A DNA stretch of 64,000 bases, taken from NCBI GenBank assembly GCA_963783575.1, contig CAWAOD010000011.1, forward strand, positions 544,001 through 608,000, in the 5' to 3' direction. Shown piece after piece: positions 58,957-64,000 of the stretch. Made by a program: the position numbers and the translations under genes. Source of the stretch: an uncultured Spirochaetota bacterium. GTDB lineage: Bacteria; Spirochaetota; Brevinematia; Brevinematales; JAOACQ01. Position 1 is the first letter of the stretch. Each line of letters opens with the position of its first letter. The notes beneath the pieces were generated by a model, which had not been told where the DNA came from, did not search any database, and saw only the letters and a list, made by a program, of their open reading frames with translations.

Positions 58957-61257
58957 TTACCGGAAATATAGAAAACTTTCATTGCCTTTAGCTTCCGATA
59001 AATCTGTAATCCCGATAAATGCCATTGCCTTTTTAAGTTCCAAAGAGATTTTGTTAAAGTACTGCCTTACACCCTGCACACCTCCGCCGACGGCGGCTAT
59101 CATTACCGGACGGCCTATCATTACAATATCTGCGCCCAATGCAAGACATTTCAATACATCGCCTCCGCTTCTGACTCCGCCATCAAGAATAATCATTGCA
59201 TCGCTTCCGACTGCGGATTTGATATCTTTTAAAGCGTCAATAGGTGCGATAAGACTGTCGCTTACCCTACCGCCATGATTTGAAACAATTATTCCCTTAA
59301 CACCGGATTTTACCGCCTTTTCCGCATCGCGGGGTGAAAGTATTCCTTTTAGAATAAATGGTATTTCTGCGTAATCAACTAATTCCCTGATTTCATCAAA
59401 GGTTTTGGTTGACGTATTTTGTCCTTTCAATTCCATTGTCATAAAAGATGCGGCATCGATATCGATTCCTACCGCCAAAGCTCCGGCCGATTTTGACGCC
59501 TCGATTCTTTCCATTATAGTTTTATTATCATACCGAGGCTTAAATATTGGGACAGCCTGTCCGAAATTTTCCAGTATGACCCTAACACCTATCCTGTATT
59601 TTGAAGATGCTGCGCCGTCACCGACAAATCCGATAGAACCCGCCTGATTTGCTCCTTTAACAACAGACCTTGCCAATTCAAGTTCGCTAACTGCACCGCC
59701 AAGATTTGTGATTGATCCGGTAAGAGGAGCAGGTACAACCGGAAAATCAATCGGTAAACCAAAAAAGACGATTTTTGTTTTAATTATTTTTGCGTCATTG
59801 ATGTAACTTGGGATAATATCAATTCTACGGACCCTGTCTATTGCATTAGTGAACCCATTACCGGTGGCTATTCCCCCAACACCCGGCATCATACCCCTGC
59901 ACTTCCTGCCATCACAGTCGGGGCATACAAAACAGCGGCCGTTAAATTTATTCTTTGCTTTTTCAAAAAGAGCATTATCCTGAATAAGCTGGTCATCATC
60001 TTCAATAGTTGTAATTTTGATAGTCTGAACGGCTTTATGCGATGCAAATAAAGCTTCCTTAAATGTCGGCGCTGTCACAATTATATGTCCGGATTTATCT
60101 AGATTGTTTTGCGGCGGTTTGATCTTATCCCCTATCTTAGAATCAAAAAAAACATTTTTGACAAACTTTATCTTTCCGGCTTCCTCCAGCCCTTCAATGG
60201 ATTTTATAATTCCAGGCGGGGCTATTATGGCACGTTCAATTGAAACCAAATTAAAAACAGGTTTTAAATTTTCAGGCGGAAAACCGAGTGAAATCAAAAT
60301 AATATTCGACATTAAATCAACGCCTGAGGAGTAGGGGTATGTGTATGAAGACATAAATCCGCCTGAGAGCCTTGCTGCTATTTCTCCGATATAACAACCG
60401 CTGTTTGAAACTTTTATATCTCCTTTAGCGGCTCCAACTGTAATACCGAGCGCTTTTATTCCGTTTTTAAAAGTATCTATTGCATAGGTAACTAGGTCTT
60501 CTGGAAGGCTTGTCGGCATAACATGGCCTGTTTCGACAAAGTAGGGATCATATTCGATAATTCTGTCAGCAACGCCTGTTATATGGATTTCATTATTGAA
60601 TATAAGGGCGTCGATGCTCAGTTCCGGTGCATCAATATACTGTTCGATTATTACCTTTCCATTTTTGGAATAATGAAGGGCATTATCAAAACCCTCCTTA
60701 AGTTCTTCCAGATTGAATACTCTTCTGACGCCTCGTGCGCCCATATTGTTTGCAGGTTTGATTACACAATCACTGCCAAGCCTTTCCATGGATTCTGCCG
60801 CTCTTGTGTAGCTGTCCACAAGTTCGAAGTCCGGTACAGGAACTTTTGCCGTACGGAGAGCATTCCTCATAAGAAATTTATCAGTGGCTTTCAATGCAGC
60901 TTCAGGTTCGATTCCTATCAACCCCAATTTTTTTGCGCAATAAGCAACTGTATATGAAGCATCAGTCCCTACTGTAAGGATACCGTCAATTTTTCCATTT
61001 TCATTACAGAATTTTTCAAGCATAAGAAAAGTGAATTCAGCGTCCATTGTACTTGAATTGATATGATAATTGCCTTCTTTTACTCCCGGAGCCGCCGGAT
61101 TAATATCTATTACAGCAGTTTTAATCTTCATTTTCTTCGCTGCCAGAATTACCGGAAGCTGCAATAATCCTCCGCCAACAACTGCTATTTTTTTACCGGC
61201 TAAGATATCTGTGTTTAATTGAATATTTAAAGTGCTTTTATTGATTTGATTTTCCAT
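58957..61257 (-). CDS. Fusion of an ATP-grasp ligase and an FMN-dependent alpha-hydroxy acid dehydrogenase-like domain
   Basis: N-half: GGGLLQ, DKFLMR, VIKP..NMGARGV, EQYIDAPELSID, KGDIK, GEIAARLSGG. C-half: CFVCPDCDGRKC, APLTG, LKGIL, VSNHGGR, DGGVRSG.D, IGRP. Confidence 0.9.
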   Translation of the reverse strand: MENQINKSTLNIQLNTDILAGKKIAVVGGGLLQLPVILAAKKMKIKTAVIDINPAAPGVKEGNYHINSSTMDAEFTFLMLEKFCNENGKIDGILTVGTDASYTVAYCAKKLGLIGIEPEAALKATDKFLMRNALRTAKVPVPDFELVDSYTRAAESMERLGSDCVIKPANNMGARGVRRVFNLEELKEGFDNALHYSKNGKVIIEQYIDAPELSIDALIFNNEIHITGVADRIIEYDPYFVETGHVMPTSLPEDLVTYAIDTFKNGIKALGITVGAAKGDIKVSNSGCYIGEIAARLSGGFMSSYTYPYSSGVDLMSNIILISLGFPPENLKPVFNLVSIERAIIAPPGIIKSIEGLEEAGKIKFVKNVFFDSKIGDKIKPPQNNLDKSGHIIVTAPTFKEALFASHKAVQTIKITTIEDDDQLIQDNALFEKAKNKFNGRCFVCPDCDGRKCRGMMPGVGGIATGNGFTNAIDRVRRIDIIPSYINDAKIIKTKIVFFGLPIDFPVVPAPLTGSITNLGGAVSELELARSVVKGANQAGSIGFVGDGAASSKYRIGVRVILENFGQAVPIFKPRYDNKTIMERIEASKSAGALAVGIDIDAASFMTMELKGQNTSTKTFDEIRELVDYAEIPFILKGILSPRDAEKAVKSGVKGIIVSNHGGRVSDSLIAPIDALKDIKSAVGSDAMIILDGGVRSGGDVLKCLALGADIVMIGRPVMIAAVGGGVQGVRQYFNKISLELKKAMAFIGITDLSEAKGNESFLYFR

Positions 61258-61380
61258 TGAAAACCCCTCGGGCAGATGATAGTAATAATTGCATTTTATT
61301 TTGCCAAAGAACTGCCCATATCATAATCGGCAATTTGAGAATTATTTTTAATATTTCATAAGCTTATAGAATCAAAATTA

Positions 61381-61407
61381 AAAAAGGGGCTTATTAAGCC
61401 CCTTTTT
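61381..61407 (-). terminator. Rho-independent terminator of trpB2
   Basis: AAAAAGGGGCTTA-T-TAAGCCCCTTTTT perfect inverted repeat with A/T tails, just after the stop codon. Confidence 0.9.
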
Positions 61408-61412
61408 GGAAT

Positions 61413-62780
61413 TTATTTTTTAGAGAAAGGTAAGTCTTTCAATGCTTTTTTAACTTCATCTTCCGGATATTCATAATCCTCAAGTTTTCCATCAAGATAT
61501 AACTGATATGAAGAAAGATCAAAGAAACCATGACCGCTGAAATTAAAGAGAATGGTTTTTTCCTTACCTTCCTTTTTGGCAAGTAAAGCCTCGTCAATTG
61601 CGCCCTTTATCGCATGATTTGTTTCCGGAGCTGCGACAATACCTTCGGTCCTGGCAAAAAGGACTCCTGCTTCAAAAACTTCATTTTGATGATAAGCTCT
61701 TGCTTCCGCAAATCCCTGTTTAACAAGTGCGCTGACAAGAGGAGCCATACCGTGGTAGCGTAAACCGCCGGCATGAATTGAAGGGGGCATAAATCCATGA
61801 CCCAGGGTAAACATTTTGACAATCGGCGCCATTCCGGCAGTGTCGCCGTAATCGTATTCGTATGCTCCCTTTGTTACAGAAGGGCAGGCTTTGGGTTCAA
61901 CAGCAAGGATTTTTACTTTTTTATTGTTCTGTATTTTATCCATAGCAAACGGGAATGAGATTCCTGCGAAATTACTGCCTCCGCCAATACAACCGACAAC
62001 TACATCGGGATATTCATTAATAGATGCCAGCTGTTTTTTCGCTTCCAGGCCGATTATTGTCTGGTGCAGGAGAACATGGTTTAATACACTTCCAAGTGAG
62101 TAATTAGTATCTTTCCGGTTTACCGCTTCTTCAATAGCCTCGCTGATGGCGATGCCAAGACTTCCCGGATTATCAGGATCTTTTGCCAGCAATTCTCTTC
62201 CAAATGCCGTTTCTTTACTTGGGCTTGGAATGCATTCCGCACCCCAGACGGCCATTATCTGCTTTCTGGCAGGTTTCATATTATAACTTGCTTTAACCAT
62301 AAAGACCCGGACTTCTATGCCGAAAAGACTGCCGGCTAAAGCAAGGGCGCTTCCCCATTGACCCGCGCCTGTTTCCGTTGTCAATCTTTTTACACCCTCC
62401 ATCTTGTTATAATAAGCCTGTGCTATTGAAGTGTTAGGCTTATGCGAGCCTGCAGGCGAACAGCCTTCATATTTATAATATATTTTTGCCGGAGTACCGA
62501 GGACTTTTTCAAGGTGTATTGCCCTGAAAATCGGTGACGGTCTCCAACGGCTGTATACGTCCAGAACGGGATCGGGTATTTTAATCCATCTGTCGGCGGA
62601 CATTTCCTGACCGATCAATGCCATCGGAAAAATCTTTCCTATCACACCTAAATCATTTGGGGTAACAGGTTTTCCATCCGGTCCAAAAGGAGGATCGGGT
62701 AATTTGGGTAAATCAGCCTGAATATTGTACCATTCAGTAGGAATATCTTTCTGAAGCAAATCGATTTTTTGGATTTCCAT
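61413..62780 (-). CDS. trpB2: TrpB-like PLP-dependent enzyme (TrpB2)
   Basis: [15 protein letters not shown] (PLP Lys), [31 protein letters not shown]; no trpA adjacent. Confidence 0.95.
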   Translation of the reverse strand: MEIQKIDLLQKDIPTEWYNIQADLPKLPDPPFGPDGKPVTPNDLGVIGKIFPMALIGQEMSADRWIKIPDPVLDVYSRWRPSPIFRAIHLEKVLGTPAKIYYKYEGCSPAGSHKPNTSIAQAYYNKMEGVKRLTTETGAGQWGSALALAGSLFGIEVRVFMVKASYNMKPARKQIMAVWGAECIPSPSKETAFGRELLAKDPDNPGSLGIAISEAIEEAVNRKDTNYSLGSVLNHVLLHQTIIGLEAKKQLASINEYPDVVVGCIGGGSNFAGISFPFAMDKIQNNKKVKILAVEPKACPSVTKGAYEYDYGDTAGMAPIVKMFTLGHGFMPPSIHAGGLRYHGMAPLVSALVKQGFAEARAYHQNEVFEAGVLFARTEGIVAAPETNHAIKGAIDEALLAKKEGKEKTILFNFSGHGFFDLSSYQLYLDGKLEDYEYPEDEVKKALKDLPFSKK

Positions 62781-62954
62781 AAATATAACACCTCCTTCAG
62801 TGTTTTTTGAAATAAAATATTACCATACAAAAAAAGTCATCTATTATAATTATTTCCTATAAGATTCTGTAGTCTAGACTAAATACATAGATAAGTCCAT
62901 TGAAAGAATAGTATCAAAGAGGATATATGGAATGTTTTGGTAAGAACTTATCTT

Positions 62955-63290
62955 TTATTTAAAAGCAGCCAGAGCATCGGATTCATTGTCATAGATATCG
63001 AAAAAGCTTGTTAATTTTGTTAATTCAAATACCTTTCTTACAGAAGCATAAACATTTATCAATTTAAGAGCGCCGCCGACTTTTTTTAAATTAGAAAGGC
63101 TTGAAATTAGTACGCCGATTCCGGAACTGTCAATATAGCTCACTTTATCAAGGTTTATAATAATATTAACCTTTCCTTTATTCATTTCTTCTTTTATTTT
63201 GTCCTTTATTTCCGGAGCATTGTAAAGATCTATTTCTCCATTGATATCAAAAACTGCGATCTCGCCAATTTCCCTTCTGTTTATCTCCAT
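62955..63290 (-). CDS. STAS-domain anti-sigma factor antagonist
   Basis: GEIDLYNAP, VSYIDSSGIGVL; start moved to ATG 63290 with GGAGG RBS. Confidence 0.95.
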   Translation of the reverse strand: MEINRREIGEIAVFDINGEIDLYNAPEIKDKIKEEMNKGKVNIIINLDKVSYIDSSGIGVLISSLSNLKKVGGALKLINVYASVRKVFELTKLTSFFDIYDNESDALAAFK

Positions 63291-63349
63291 AAAATCCTCC
63301 TTTATTTTAATCAAAACCAAACTTTCTTAAATATCAAACTTTATTATAA

Positions 63350-64000
63350 TTATTTAAACTTCAATATTAAAATTGTCTCATCATCATGCTGAGGTGCAAA
63401 CCCTACAAAATTAACTATTGATTCCAGTAGCTTACTAGCAATGTCTTTAGCATTTTCTCTTTTATTCTTTCTTATTATTTCTTTGACGCGCTCAATCCCG
63501 AATTCTTCATTAGCCATATTATAAGCTTCTGTGATGCCATCCGTATATAATAAAATAATATCGCCTTTTTCCAAAACGGTATAATTCTGTCCATACTCTG
63601 CGCCCGACATTATCCCGATCGGCATTCCTTCTGTGTCCAGAAACTCAAGTGAATCAGTCTCCGCGCGGTATATTAGAATCGGGCCATGACCGGCATTTGT
63701 ATAATTCATTATACCCTTTTCCGCATCAAAAAGCAAGTATATTCCGGTTGCGTATCTGTCTTCAACAATTTCCTTAGAAATTGTATTGTTCAAAGTTGAC
63801 ATAATTTCCTTTGATTCTTCATTCAATGACGCAATAGTCCTAAGTATGCTTCTGATCATAACCATTATCAGTGAAGCGGGTACGCCTTTCCCGGAGACAT
63901 CGAACATTGTAAGCGCTATTTTATTATTGCCGAAATCAATATAGTCATAAAAATCACCGCCTACTCCTTTTGCCGGAATGGAATACCCGTAAATATCATA
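63350..64000 (-). CDS. SpoIIE/RsbU-type PP2C phosphatase, 5'-partial
   Basis: Frame is open to the window end: PAKGVGGDFYD, DVSGKG, NAGH, LYTDGITEA, HDDETI. Confidence 0.95.
   Translation of the reverse strand, partial: YDIYGYSIPAKGVGGDFYDYIDFGNNKIALTMFDVSGKGVPASLIMVMIRSILRTIASLNEESKEIMSTLNNTISKEIVEDRYATGIYLLFDAEKGIMNYTNAGHGPILIYRAETDSLEFLDTEGMPIGIMSGAEYGQNYTVLEKGDIILLYTDGITEAYNMANEEFGIERVKEIIRKNKRENAKDIASKLLESIVNFVGFAPQHDDETILILKFK

Noticed and set aside
1..64000. tRNA, rRNA, prophage, integrase or defence systems
   Set aside because: No supporting sequence features recognised by eye; not checked with covariance models

Overview
AT-rich bacterial window, probably from a spirochaete (inferred from a spirochaete-type FliD, a FlcA-like collar protein and a WG/KWG-repeat lipoprotein). 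The left 26 kb holds a hybrid NRPS/PKS cluster: a FAAL-ACP-C-A(Gly)-T protein, a KS-AT-KR(inactive)-ACP PKS, an NRPS with an N-terminal beta-hairpin (TubC_N) docking domain, two penicillin-acylase-family Ntn hydrolases and a MATE exporter. The most striking feature is a complete ThiF/MoeB (E1-like, Zn-binding) adenylyltransferase domain inserted inside the adenylation domain of the docking-domain NRPS, between motifs A1 and A2. That A domain also lacks the Asp that binds alpha-amino groups. Its carrier domain is cut by one in-frame TAG and continues into a degenerate epimerization-like domain. Docking motifs suggest a non-collinear assembly order, and there is no thioesterase. The right 38 kb is mostly housekeeping (hslR-like, mfd, fliD, ccsA, flcA-like, comF, 2-oxoacid oxidoreductase, flavodiiron fusion, glmS, nagZ, MCP, folD, ppx-ppk, trpB2, STAS/PP2C). 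Oddities there are a FliD with an apparent Sec signal peptide, an ATP-grasp/FMN-dehydrogenase fusion, a frameshifted korB, an intact IS630 upstream of glmS, a 17-bp VNTR, REP-like elements and an unannotated 35-aa Lys-rich ORF. All calls come from reading motifs by eye; no searches were run.
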